Shown one piece after another: positions 8,776 through 18,323 of a stretch of 64,000 nucleotides of DNA (position 1 is its first letter; every line of letters starts with the position of its first letter). The notes under the pieces are model-generated. The model was not told where the DNA came from. It was given only the letters and a program-made list of their open reading frames with translations, and did no database searches. Source of the DNA: an uncultured Planctomycetaceae bacterium. GTDB lineage: Bacteria; Planctomycetota; Phycisphaerae; SM23-33. The translations under genes and the position numbers were made by a program. The stretch covers positions 49,525-113,524 of the forward strand of contig CAZIAZ010000001.1 of NCBI GenBank assembly GCA_964536835.1. Direction: 5' to 3'.

Positions 8776-10635
8776 TTACATTTTTCTGCTTTTTTCCAAA
8801 ATATCTTTCAATTCGTCGCAGACTTTTTCGACCTGTCTGTCTTTAAGGTTGAGTATGTCTTTCAATGCCTGGCCGATGGCCGGGATGTATTTCTCTATGT
8901 AGCTGCGTTTTTTGAGTTCCTGCCTGATTCGGGACGTTTTACGAATATGCGCTCCCAGTTTTCTGCCGCATTCCTGGAGAGCGAGTCTTATTTCCTTCAA
9001 AATATCGGGATACGATGCGATAGCCTCTTTTGATTCGCTCGTAAAGGGGACCCACACGCTGCCCATATGTATGACTATGGTCAAATCGCCAGCCGGCAGG
9101 GCACCGCGGCTCTGTGAGAGGCCATACTTGCGCCAGCTCATCTGTGCCACGCTTTTGTAAATCGCGCATGCTCCCTGCTGATACTGCAGCGGCACACGAT
9201 TGGCGAGGCGGAGCACTCGCGCCAGAGAATCTCCGCCATTGTCGTCATCGGCCGACGTCGCGTCATCATTATCGTCGTCATTTTCGGTTTCATCAAGCAG
9301 GGTTTGCTGCTGTTGCGACTGGCAGGCTGGATTTTTGCCGTATGCGATAGCCGCTTCTATGACGAACGGATTGCCGCGATAGACCGCCGGCTTGCGCGAG
9401 ATGGCGGCGTAAAATTCCGCGTCGACCACCTGTTTTAATCCGGCAATCAACTGTTCGTGGCCGATGGGCACGATGCAGTCCGTATTCGGCGCGAGTATTT
9501 TGACGTCGTTTATTGCGACGTGGAGTGCTCTGGCCTTATCGCCGTCGACGCCCGCTGGCCGTGTTTTTGGAGTTAGACCCATGCCTGCTTTTTTGATTAT
9601 CTCGTCGGCGAGCTTGGGCGAGATGCGGGAAAATTCGCTCGTGAAAAACTGCTGCAGATTTTTAGCAGTCGTATCCTGGAGCATTTTTATGAAAACGCCC
9701 AGTTCCACTCCATGCGGATGGGGCTTGATTTCCTTGGGGATTGCGGGCAGTTCCATGACCGAGGCGGTGTAGGAAATATCGCGTCCGTCCGGCGTTTTAT
9801 ATTTGAATGTAACATGAGGATTTGCGACGGCCGTCTGCTGGAGATATTCATCTACGCTCTGGCGGCCTTTCTGATAGCGGGCTTCCAGCTCTATCTCCAC
9901 GCAAGTGCCGTGTTCCGGAGCCCAGTCGACGATTTCATCCGCGAGGATTTCCGGTTTGTTATTTCGCGTGTCGATTTTAAGCGTATATGAATGAGCCGGC
10001 GAGCGTTTGCCTGTGCGGCTGATGATTTTGACCGGCTTGCCCGTAGTCAAAAGGCCATACATGCCGGCTGCGGATATGCCGATACCCTGCTGGCCCCTGC
10101 TCATCCTCAGCCTGTGAAATTTACTCCCGTAAAGCAGTCTGCCGAAGATATTGGGTATCTGCTGCCTGACGATGCCAGGGCCGTTATCCTGTACCATGAC
10201 CCGAAAATGCGTCTCGGAAATCTGGTCAATGGCGACTTCTACCAGGGGCATTATGCCGGCTTCTTCGCAAGCATCCAGCGAGTTGTCAACCGCTTCTTTT
10301 ACCGTGGTCAGCAAAGCCTTTCTGGGATTGTCGAATCCCAGCAGATGGCGGTTCTTGGCGAAAAATTCGCTTACCGAAATACTCCGTTGAGCCTTGGCCA
10401 TGGATTCCGCCGTAGCATATTTCTGCTTCGCCGATTTTCTTTTCGTTACAGGCGAGTGTTCTTCCGTTTCTTCCGGAAGTTGAGGATTGGAGGGTGGTGT
10501 TTTTTTGCTTATCCGTTTGGCTTTAGCAGGTTTTTCCGCCACAGTTGACGATTCGGCGGTCACCTGGTTGTCGTCGAAAAGAAATCCTGTTGCGTCTTTT
10601 TTTGAGGTTTTTGTGTTGGGGGCTTTTTTGGCCAT
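8776..10635 (-). CDS. top6B: DNA topoisomerase VI subunit B (Top6B), with a basic H1-like N-terminal tail and an acidic insert
   Basis: GHKL Bergerat-fold motifs: EAVDNSLDA (N box), DNGPGI (G1), SRGQQGIGISAAGMY (G2). Also the Top6B-specific RLANRVPLQYQQGACAI, an H2TH region, and a transducer with conserved Lys. AAGGAG sits 7 bp upstream of the ATG. Confidence 0.85.
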   Translation of the reverse strand: MAKKAPNTKTSKKDATGFLFDDNQVTAESSTVAEKPAKAKRISKKTPPSNPQLPEETEEHSPVTKRKSAKQKYATAESMAKAQRSISVSEFFAKNRHLLGFDNPRKALLTTVKEAVDNSLDACEEAGIMPLVEVAIDQISETHFRVMVQDNGPGIVRQQIPNIFGRLLYGSKFHRLRMSRGQQGIGISAAGMYGLLTTGKPVKIISRTGKRSPAHSYTLKIDTRNNKPEILADEIVDWAPEHGTCVEIELEARYQKGRQSVDEYLQQTAVANPHVTFKYKTPDGRDISYTASVMELPAIPKEIKPHPHGVELGVFIKMLQDTTAKNLQQFFTSEFSRISPKLADEIIKKAGMGLTPKTRPAGVDGDKARALHVAINDVKILAPNTDCIVPIGHEQLIAGLKQVVDAEFYAAISRKPAVYRGNPFVIEAAIAYGKNPACQSQQQQTLLDETENDDDNDDATSADDDNGGDSLARVLRLANRVPLQYQQGACAIYKSVAQMSWRKYGLSQSRGALPAGDLTIVIHMGSVWVPFTSESKEAIASYPDILKEIRLALQECGRKLGAHIRKTSRIRQELKKRSYIEKYIPAIGQALKDILNLKDRQVEKVCDELKDILEKSRKM

Positions 10636-10684
10636 CCGTGGCTCCTTCGGTCCGTATATTCGTACAACGTATTTATAAGATTTT

Positions 10685-10886
10685 CATTTGTCCGTCTATC
10701 GGTGGACATTTTTATCTATGCTTTTTTAAAAAAACGGAAAATTACGACAGGCATATCAAAATTTTTTACGCGTTAAAACCGTTTAGAATCATATTTGTCA
10801 GGCTTTCGTTTATCTGCTTGTCGGGGGATATTTTTATCTATGTTTTTTAAAAAAACCGGAAAATTACGACCGTCATATTAAAAACT
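10685..10886. repeat. Two tandem copies of a ~85-bp hairpin-rich repeat unit (same family as 16750-16913 and 1783-1950)
   Basis: Copy 1 runs 10689-10762 and copy 2 runs 10798-10886. Both match caggctttcg…ggRgataYttTcatctaYgKttttaaaaaaCCGgaaaattacgaMNgNcatatYaaaa and align to 16815-16905. Confidence 0.7.
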
Positions 10887-11519
10887 GTTTTCGGCTTCAT
10901 CCGGATTTTCGATTTTTCTTACGGTTGAATCTTCATCGGTGATATGAGCCGTAATTGCCAGCTTCATGGCTGTCTCGACAGACATATCCAGCGGCGTCAA
11001 GTCGCACGGCCGTGCCAGTACCGTCGGCCCGCCTATCATGTATCCCATCGGGAGAAAGACGACTACGCGTTTTTCGCCGTTCACGCATACTTTGGGCTTT
11101 TCGTTCGTAACTATGCCGAGCATGGCGAAAGACGAGCCTTCCGGCTTGAACAGAACCGGCCGGCCACGTCTTTTTTCTGACGTCTGGCCGAAAAGTTTCA
11201 TCAGGTCTCGTACCGATTCGTATACCGTCTTTATGCCCGGCAGAGAGCTTAGCACCTGGTCTACCCAGTTGAAAAATCGGCTGAACATCCAGAAATCCGC
11301 CAGCACTCCAACCAGATAAATAAGCAGCAGCACAGCCAGTACGCCCAGGCCGCTGGCGACAGGTTCCCATTTGCTTTCGACCGACAGTTGGGTTATTCCG
11401 AAAACGCCTCGGCCCAGTCTGCCGACGAACTGGCCGACTATCACTATAATCCAGACGGTCGCACCAAGAGGGCCGACGATAAAAAGGCCAGTCATCATTT
11501 TCTTTACATGTTTACGCAT
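10878..11519 (-). CDS. DUF502 family membrane protein
   Basis: Two N-terminal TM helices, then SLPGIKTVYESVRDL…VFLPMGYMIGGPTVL…LDMSVETAMKLAITAHI blocks characteristic of DUF502/COG2928. Confidence 0.55.
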   Translation of the reverse strand: MRKHVKKMMTGLFIVGPLGATVWIIVIVGQFVGRLGRGVFGITQLSVESKWEPVASGLGVLAVLLLIYLVGVLADFWMFSRFFNWVDQVLSSLPGIKTVYESVRDLMKLFGQTSEKRRGRPVLFKPEGSSFAMLGIVTNEKPKVCVNGEKRVVVFLPMGYMIGGPTVLARPCDLTPLDMSVETAMKLAITAHITDEDSTVRKIENPDEAENSF

Positions 11520-11697
11520 TTTTCATTGCCTTTCGACTCGCGACATTTTGACAGAATTCCGGCGGAAATTCAACGGAATAATGGTTTTGTACGGCTGAGC
11601 TTACTATAATGGATAAAAATGATTTTGCGATATGAATATTGCGGTTGTGCGATGTAAGCCGAATCCGCCGTGGATATTATCTTATGTGGAGAACGAC

Positions 11698-12531
11698 ATG
11701 AAATTTACGCAAATCGGCCGAGCGGCAATTTTTGGATTAGTCGTAGCAGCGGTGGCAGTTTTTGCCGCTGGATGCAAAGAGAAGGTTCACCATCATCATG
11801 CAGAGCCTACGCCGCCGCCGAGGCCTTGCCCTGTCCCGCCGCAGCCGCAACCGAGTCCAATGCAGATGTGGACGGAAATATCGGGCAGAGTTTTCATAGA
11901 CGCCAAGCCGTGCAAAGACGCCACAATTACCGTATTCTGGGGCAAAGGCCGCTGTTACAAAAAATCCTGCCAGACGAACAAAAAAGGCGATTTCGTAATA
12001 TGTGAAATTCCGCCCAAACGGGAAATTGCGATTGAGTTCCGTGGCAGGCATCACGAGCGGGAATATTTTTCAGCCAGGTCGATGTGGACCGGCCGTGCCG
12101 GCGATATTATGGTACTGGGCAGAATAGACCTTTCCGAAGTTCGGCCACAGCCAAGGCCGCAACCTATGCCCGGCCCTGTACCAGGCCCCAAACCGGCTCC
12201 GCATCCCAAGCCCACGCCAGGCCCCATGCCGCATCCAGAACCAGTCAGCAGGTGTGACCTGAAAATAAGCGGTTGCGTCATGTTTGAAGGCCGTCCGGCT
12301 CAAAATGCCGCGGTACGAATAACGTCCGGCAGAATTTACGAACGCACCGTCAAAACCGACGACAGAGGCCGATTTCGCGTAGCAGATGTACCACGGCATG
12401 CAAGAATTGAGATATTCGCAGAGCAGAAAAAACATCATCTGGTACTGGTCGGGTCGGCTGTGATACAGACCGGCGACAACAATGTCGATATAGGGCCGTT
12501 GACGCTTTTTACAAAAAAGAAGAAAAAATAA
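11698..12531 (+). CDS. Lipoprotein with two CarboxypepD_reg-like beta-sandwich repeats and Pro-rich linkers
   Basis: Signal peptide ending in a lipobox (FAAGC), a His4 run, and PxPxP linkers. Internal duplication (ISGRVFIDAKPC… and ISGCVMFEGRPA…). The ORF listed from 11632 has no signal peptide, so the start was moved to 11698. Confidence 0.5.
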   Translation: MKFTQIGRAAIFGLVVAAVAVFAAGCKEKVHHHHAEPTPPPRPCPVPPQPQPSPMQMWTEISGRVFIDAKPCKDATITVFWGKGRCYKKSCQTNKKGDFVICEIPPKREIAIEFRGRHHEREYFSARSMWTGRAGDIMVLGRIDLSEVRPQPRPQPMPGPVPGPKPAPHPKPTPGPMPHPEPVSRCDLKISGCVMFEGRPAQNAAVRITSGRIYERTVKTDDRGRFRVADVPRHARIEIFAEQKKHHLVLVGSAVIQTGDNNVDIGPLTLFTKKKKK

Positions 12532-12541
12532 AAAACGACCT

Positions 12542-13594
12542 CTATTCGACCGTTCCGAATTTATATACCGTTACCTGCTTGTAAATATCGCCAGGCCGAA
12601 GGACGGCAGACGGAAAATTAGGTTTGTTGGGCGAATCGGGAAAATATTGCGTTTCAAGGCAAAATGCCGCGTAACGGGTCAGCGGCATACCTTTTTTGCC
12701 CGGCACGTCCAGGTTTAAAAAATTGCTCGTGCACAGTTGTATGCCTGGAGTGGTTGTGTGACATTCCAGACATCGTCCCGTATCATATTCTTCAACACGT
12801 GCGGCGAGGCTTAATTCGCCGGCTATGGTTTTGTTGAGCACCCAGTTATGATCATATCCGCCGCCTATCAGCAACTGCTCGTCATTGGCATCCATCCTGT
12901 CGCCAATCCGATGCAGGTTGACGAAATCCATCGGCGTGCCGGCGACAGGCCTGATTTCACCGGTTGGTATCTGGTTTTCGTCGGTCGGAGTGAAGCGATG
13001 GGCATTTATTGAAAGCATGTGGTTCAGGATATTGCCACGGCCGGCAAGATTGAAGTAACTGTGATTGGTAAGATTCAGTATGGTTGGTTTGTCCGTCACG
13101 GCATGATATGTGATTCGCAGGTCATTATCTTCGCCGAGCGAATAGGTGACATTGCACTCCAGGGTGCCCGGATAATTTTCCTCGCCGTCGGGGCTGACGT
13201 ACGTAAAACGCACGGCATTATCGTGATGGCTGACTTGTGCGGCCCAGGATTTTTTGTCGAACCCGATATCCCCGCCGTGCAGATGATTGCCGTTGTTGTT
13301 TACTGCGAGCTGATAATCGACGCCGTCGAGCGTGAACGTTCCGCAGGCGATTCTGTTGGCATATCGTCCCACGGTTGACCCGAAGAACTGGTTATGTTCC
13401 ACGTAATCTCTGAGATTATCGAACCCCAGCACCACGTCAGCCATTTTGCCGTAGCGGTCGGGCACTTCCACCCTGATAAGAGTCGCGCCATAATTCATAG
13501 CGGCGATTTTCATGCCGCCGCTGTTGGTTATGGTCAACTTTTCCACCGGTTTCCCGTCGGGCAGAGTGCCGATTACGTCACGTTCCACGCTCAT
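12542..13594 (-). CDS. galM: Aldose 1-epimerase (galactose mutarotase)
   Basis: 350 aa with conserved GalM blocks (GFDN, YFGSTVGRYANRI, NNGxNHLHGG, NLTNHSYFNL). Confidence 0.85.
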   Translation of the reverse strand: MSVERDVIGTLPDGKPVEKLTITNSGGMKIAAMNYGATLIRVEVPDRYGKMADVVLGFDNLRDYVEHNQFFGSTVGRYANRIACGTFTLDGVDYQLAVNNNGNHLHGGDIGFDKKSWAAQVSHHDNAVRFTYVSPDGEENYPGTLECNVTYSLGEDNDLRITYHAVTDKPTILNLTNHSYFNLAGRGNILNHMLSINAHRFTPTDENQIPTGEIRPVAGTPMDFVNLHRIGDRMDANDEQLLIGGGYDHNWVLNKTIAGELSLAARVEEYDTGRCLECHTTTPGIQLCTSNFLNLDVPGKKGMPLTRYAAFCLETQYFPDSPNKPNFPSAVLRPGDIYKQVTVYKFGTVE

Positions 13595-13735
13595 AAAAGT
13601 TCCTCATGCTGAAGCGGATTTTAAACAGCTTCCAAAATCGCAGCCGTATTTTCGCGTGTTGGCGACGAGCACCAGCAAGGCTGTGAGAGAATTGTAGGCT
13701 GTTCTTTTATTAAAAATACTGGAATTGACGGGTAA

Positions 13736-14935
13736 ATGAAAGTATTTTATTGCACTGTCATGAATCCACGGCCGGTACAATTAGACATATATCGCCTGTC
13801 GATACCCATGCGCGGTTTCGAGCACGCAGCCGCACGTCGTAAGACGGCGGAATCCGTTGTTGTAGCCATGCGTTACAGTGACGGCTACATCGGCTGGGGA
13901 GAAACTCTGCCGAGGGCTTACGTGACCGGCGAAACCATGGAAACAGTTCCCGCCGATATTGAGACGCTTTTCAAACGCTGTTGCGACGATGGCATATTGG
14001 ACGTAGCCGCCGGCAAAATCCCCCAAAAAGTGCCAACCGCCGTCAATAATCGTTGCGTCAACGCCGCTGCATGTGCCCTCGACCTTGCAGGCCTTCGGCG
14101 GTTTTTTGCCGATTTCAATACGGTAGACCCGAAAATTCTGATGGCATTGACCAATCGCGCCCGCGTGAGGAATTATATCGATTCGCACGTATCTGGCGTA
14201 TTGGGAAGTGCCAATCCACAAAAAACAGCCTGGCGTCTGAGGATTATGAAATTCGCCGATATCAAGGATTTCAAACTCAAGCTGGGCCTGGGTGAAGAAG
14301 TTGACCGGCAGAATCTTGACGCGGTTTATTCGCAGCTCCGGCGAGGCTTGCAAAAAGGCACGCACTCGTTGAGAGTGGATATCAACGGCGGATGGAAAAA
14401 GGAAGACGTGCCGCAGAAGGTCGCACAACTCCGCAAATACGGCGTCTGTGCCGTCGAACAGCCGTGCTACTGCTCCGCCGCCGAACTGGTGGAAATTTCA
14501 CGACAATGTAAAGTGCCCCTGATGGCGGACGAGTCGCTGCTGACGCTTGATGACGCCAGAACCCTGCTGGCTGAGCCGGAGAAAATCTGGTGGAATGTGC
14601 GGCTGAGCAAGAACGGCGGCCTGCTGCCGGTACTGGAACTGCTTGAGTTGGCGCAGAAAAGCAATGTCGTGGTGTCGCTTGGCTGTATGGTAGGCGAGAC
14701 GGCGATTCTGTCGGCTGCTCAGCGTAGGGTGCTTCAGCTTGGGCCGGTGCCGAAATTTTTGGAGGGTAATTATGGCCGCTACCTGCTCGACGATGATATT
14801 ATCCCTGGCCGCCGCAGTCTGATGTTCGGTTGGGCCGGTTCGCTGCGAGTTCTTAAAGGCGACGGCCTTGGCGTTACTCCCTGTCCAGAAAAACTCAAAA
14901 AATACGCAAAAAAACTCAAAACATTGACTGCATAA
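13736..14935 (+). CDS. Enolase-superfamily enzyme (mandelate racemase/muconate lactonising enzyme family)
   Basis: KxK (FKLKLG), DINGGW and ADES metal-ligand motifs in MR/MLE order. Substrate unknown. Confidence 0.65.
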   Translation: MKVFYCTVMNPRPVQLDIYRLSIPMRGFEHAAARRKTAESVVVAMRYSDGYIGWGETLPRAYVTGETMETVPADIETLFKRCCDDGILDVAAGKIPQKVPTAVNNRCVNAAACALDLAGLRRFFADFNTVDPKILMALTNRARVRNYIDSHVSGVLGSANPQKTAWRLRIMKFADIKDFKLKLGLGEEVDRQNLDAVYSQLRRGLQKGTHSLRVDINGGWKKEDVPQKVAQLRKYGVCAVEQPCYCSAAELVEISRQCKVPLMADESLLTLDDARTLLAEPEKIWWNVRLSKNGGLLPVLELLELAQKSNVVVSLGCMVGETAILSAAQRRVLQLGPVPKFLEGNYGRYLLDDDIIPGRRSLMFGWAGSLRVLKGDGLGVTPCPEKLKKYAKKLKTLTA

Positions 14936-15207
14936 ATGCATAAATTGAAAAGCATATCATAAAAACAATCAGCTCCCATCGTCACATAAATCTGCCGGAT
15001 GTTTAAAAAACCTTGTTTTTCGGCGGTTTTTGGCTACAATTCCCGTTTCCGCAAAAGTTACAAGTGACAAACAGGCAATTCCAAAGTTGCATGTTTAAAG
15101 AATCGCAGAAAACGTTTTTTGGAAATTTTGATAGATAATTGTAAGTTGGATTGCCTGAAACTTGTTTTTTGATTCTTGAAAATTTTATACGAATATGGAC
15201 ATAAATA

Positions 15208-16725
15208 ATGGCTGAAGTTAACGTTATGGAGCAGATAGTGTCGCTGTGCAAGCGGCGTGGTTTCGTGTTTCCCGCGTCCGAGATTTACGGCGGGATTAAC
15301 GGTTTTTGGGATTACGGCCCGTTGGGCGTACAGCTCAAAAACAATATCCGCGACTGGTGGTGGCGGTGTATGGTCGAGTGTCCGCCCATCGGCCCTGACG
15401 GCCATCCAGTGCAGATTGTCGGCCTTGACAGCGCGATAATTCAGAACCCACAGACTTGGGTAGCCTCCGGCCACGTCGGCGGATTCAACGACCCCATGGT
15501 CGACTGCCGCGAGTGTAAATCCCGTTTCCGCGCAGACCATGTTGCCGTCGTTGCGTTCAATAAAAGCGACGAACTCGTTATAGCAGTCGGCGTCGAAACA
15601 ACCAGCGAGGAAACCGCCGTCGCCGACGCCCTGGCCGCCATGAACTCCAAAAACCGACGCCGAGTCGAACAGGCTGGCGATGAAATTTCCACGACTATAT
15701 TCATGGCCGACAAAATGCCCGACGGTGTCAAGGCACTTTGCCCCAAATGCGGCGGAGAACTCACCGAGCCGCGCATGTTCAATCTCATGTTCGAGACTTA
15801 CGTCGGTGCAATCCGCAGCGATGAGGCCAAAGCTTATCTGCGTCCGGAAACGGCACAGGGCATTTTCCTGAACTATAAAAACATAGTCGACACCATGCGC
15901 GTTAAAATGCCGTTCGGCATTGCGCAAATCGGCAAAAGTTTTCGCAATGAAGTCACGCCCCGAAATTTCATCTTCCGCAGCCGCGAGTTCGAGCAGATGG
16001 AAATGGAATGGTTCTGCCAGCCGGCTGACGCCCGCGTCTGGTACGATTTTTGGAAAGAACAGCGCATGAACTGGTGGGAATCGCTGGGCATAGAAAAATC
16101 CCGCCTGCGATATCGTGACCACGACAAAGAAGAGCTGGCCCACTATTCGCAAGCCTGCGTGGACGTGGAATATTTGTACCCGTTCACATCGCCGGATTTC
16201 GGCGAACTGGAGGGCATTGCGCATCGCGGCAATTTCGACCTGACTCAGCATCAGACGCATTCAAAGGTCAAGATGGAATATTTCGACCAGGACACGAACG
16301 AGCGGTACATTCCGCACGTTATCGAGCCGGCTAGCGGCTTGACCCGTGCCGTGCTCGTGCTGCTTTGCGAAGCGTTTACGCCGGACGCCAACCGCCCCAG
16401 CCAGATGTTTTTCAAATTCAAGCCGAAATTCGCTCCCATAAAAGCCGCCATCCTGCCGCTCGTCGCCCGCGACGGCATGCCCGAAGTAGCCGAAAAACTC
16501 TACCTCGCCCTGCGTGACAGACATATCGTACAACTCGACGTCAAACAGAACATCGGCAAACGTTATGCGCGGCAGGACGAAATCGGCACGCCGTTCTGCT
16601 TCACCGTCGACGGCCAGACCATGCAGGACAACACCGTCACCGTTCGCGACCGCGATACGCTTGAACAGACCCGCATCAATCTCGACCAGGTCGAAAAATT
16701 CCTGGCCGACAGAATCGCCGAATGA
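15208..16725 (+). CDS. glyQS: Glycine--tRNA ligase, homodimeric type
   Basis: N-terminus LCKRRGFVFPASEIYGGINGFWDYGPLG is a GlyRS class-II hallmark. 505 aa. Confidence 0.9.
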   Translation: MAEVNVMEQIVSLCKRRGFVFPASEIYGGINGFWDYGPLGVQLKNNIRDWWWRCMVECPPIGPDGHPVQIVGLDSAIIQNPQTWVASGHVGGFNDPMVDCRECKSRFRADHVAVVAFNKSDELVIAVGVETTSEETAVADALAAMNSKNRRRVEQAGDEISTTIFMADKMPDGVKALCPKCGGELTEPRMFNLMFETYVGAIRSDEAKAYLRPETAQGIFLNYKNIVDTMRVKMPFGIAQIGKSFRNEVTPRNFIFRSREFEQMEMEWFCQPADARVWYDFWKEQRMNWWESLGIEKSRLRYRDHDKEELAHYSQACVDVEYLYPFTSPDFGELEGIAHRGNFDLTQHQTHSKVKMEYFDQDTNERYIPHVIEPASGLTRAVLVLLCEAFTPDANRPSQMFFKFKPKFAPIKAAILPLVARDGMPEVAEKLYLALRDRHIVQLDVKQNIGKRYARQDEIGTPFCFTVDGQTMQDNTVTVRDRDTLEQTRINLDQVEKFLADRIAE

Positions 16726-16749
16726 TTTTTTATGTTATGCGATAAACCA

Positions 16750-16913
16750 TAGCGGCTCTCTAAAATTTTTTGAGAACCGCTATAATCAATAGTGAATCTC
16801 TACGGGTTAAAACCCGTAGCATCATAGTCATCAGGCTTTCGCCTGTCCGCCTCACGGCGGATACTTTCATCTACGGTTTAAAAACCGTAGAATTACGAAG
16901 GACATATTAAAAC
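16750..16913. repeat. Hairpin-rich modular intergenic repeat (reference copy)
   Basis: Contains perfect hairpins tacgggtt-aa-aacccgta and ctacggttt-aa-aaaccgtag, plus agcggctctc…gagaaccgct. Homologous to 10685-10886 and to the inverted copy at 1783-1950. Confidence 0.7.
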
Positions 16914-16965
16914 TTACAATTTTGTCGCGCGAAGTAAAAAATTGGGGAAATATTGAGCAATTTGC

Positions 16966-16994
16966 GACACATGGATTGAATAAATGACTGAGTT
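16966..16994 (+). promoter_or_regulatory. Putative sigma70-type promoter for carA (-35 TTGAAT, 17-bp spacer, -10 TAATAT), followed by a structured ~155-nt leader
   Basis: Both hexamers read directly. The downstream leader has two hairpins, each followed by a T-run, at 17033-17060 and 17081-17110. Confidence 0.35.
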
Positions 16995-17155
16995 TTGCTA
17001 ATATCCTCTAAATTCCGAGAGTAAGCGGTGTGCGCGTGCGCCGCGGATATTTTTCGAGGCCTTGGCCCATGTTAAGAAATCGCCGGTTTTGACGGCGAAA
17101 ACGCTGTTTTTCAAGTATTTTGATGAAAACAGGTAAAAACAGCAGGAGTTTTTTT

Positions 17156-18298
17156 ATGACCCAGCGTGCTATTCTGGCGATGGAAGATGGAAGCGTGTTC
17201 GAAGGAACGGCCTTCGGGGCCGCCGGAGAATGCTCCGGCGAGGTGGTTTTCAACACCTCTATGACGGGCTATCAGGAGGTATTGACCGACCCGTCATACC
17301 GCGGCCAGATTGTCGCCATGACTTATCCGCTCATCGGCAATTACGGCGTCAACGCCGCGGATGCCGAAAGCAAAGGCCTCTGGCTGAGCGGATTCATCGT
17401 CCGCGAACTCAGCAGAATCACCAGCAATTTCCGCTCTGAAAAAGACCTCGATACCTATCTGCGAGAAAACGGCGTGATGGGCATCGAGGGCATTGACACG
17501 CGCGAAATCACCAAAAAACTGAGAACAAAAGGCGCATTGCGCGGCGTAATTTCGACGGAAGAAACCAATCATGCGACGCTGGTTAAACAGGCGAAAAACT
17601 CTCCATCCTTGGAGGGCAGAAACCTCGTCCGCGAAGTAACCGCCGGCGAGGTTTTTTCATGGACGCAGGGCCTCGACGGCACAAGCGACGTCGTGGAGGA
17701 AAAATACAACATCGTCATGATGGATGCCGGCGCAAAATACGGCATCATGCGCTGCCTGCGCAGCCTTGGCGCCAAGGTCACCGTCGTGCCGTTCGATACG
17801 CCGGCAAAGGAAATCGCCGCCATGAATCCAGACGGCATAATGCTCTCCAACGGCCCTGGCGACCCTGAGCCGGTCACGGAAGTCATTCAGACCGTGCGGG
17901 AACTGATGTTCAATCCGCCGGCGGGCAAAGTGATTCCCATGTTCGGCATATGCCTGGGCCAGCAGATGATAGGCCTTGCGCTGGGCGGCAAAACATATAA
18001 ACTCAAGTTCGGCCATCACGGCGGCAATCAGCCGGTAAAAGACCTCCGCACCGGCCAGGTCGCCATCACCGTCCAGAATCACGGCTTCTGCGTGGATATG
18101 GATTCGCTGCCGGCTGACGACGTTCAGGTAACGCACATAAACCTCAACGACAATACGCTCGAAGGTTTTGAACATAAAAAATTCCCTGTATTCTGCGTGC
18201 AGTATCATCCCGAAGCCTCTCCAGGCCCGCATGACGCAAGATATCTTTTCAAACGTTTCGCGTCACTTATGGATGAGTACAGGAAAACGAAATTATAA
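17156..18298 (+). CDS. carA: Carbamoyl-phosphate synthase small (glutaminase) subunit
   Basis: CarA N-domain plus class-I GATase with catalytic Cys in the GICLGQQ context. AGGAG lies 8 bp upstream of the ATG at 17156. The listed start at 17120 is an upstream alternative. Confidence 0.9.
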   Translation: MTQRAILAMEDGSVFEGTAFGAAGECSGEVVFNTSMTGYQEVLTDPSYRGQIVAMTYPLIGNYGVNAADAESKGLWLSGFIVRELSRITSNFRSEKDLDTYLRENGVMGIEGIDTREITKKLRTKGALRGVISTEETNHATLVKQAKNSPSLEGRNLVREVTAGEVFSWTQGLDGTSDVVEEKYNIVMMDAGAKYGIMRCLRSLGAKVTVVPFDTPAKEIAAMNPDGIMLSNGPGDPEPVTEVIQTVRELMFNPPAGKVIPMFGICLGQQMIGLALGGKTYKLKFGHHGGNQPVKDLRTGQVAITVQNHGFCVDMDSLPADDVQVTHINLNDNTLEGFEHKKFPVFCVQYHPEASPGPHDARYLFKRFASLMDEYRKTKL

Positions 18299-18323
18299 AA
18301 CCAAAGGATTGGGAATCGGAAAA

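Noticed and set aside
8776-10635. Alternative reading of the Top6B-like gene as a MORC/HSP90-type GHKL ATPase
   Set aside because: The Top6B-specific SRGQQGIGIS and RxANRVPLxYQQGACAI blocks, plus the transducer domain, argue for a true Top6B.
10685-10886. Possible CRISPR array
   Set aside because: Only two repeat copies with imperfect identity and a 35-bp non-spacer-like gap. The same unit occurs singly elsewhere and no cas genes are present. Classified as a dispersed repeat.
15058-16260. 400-aa ORF on the minus strand
   Set aside because: Fully antisense to glyQS, a high-confidence gene. No motifs. Typical GC-rich shadow ORF.
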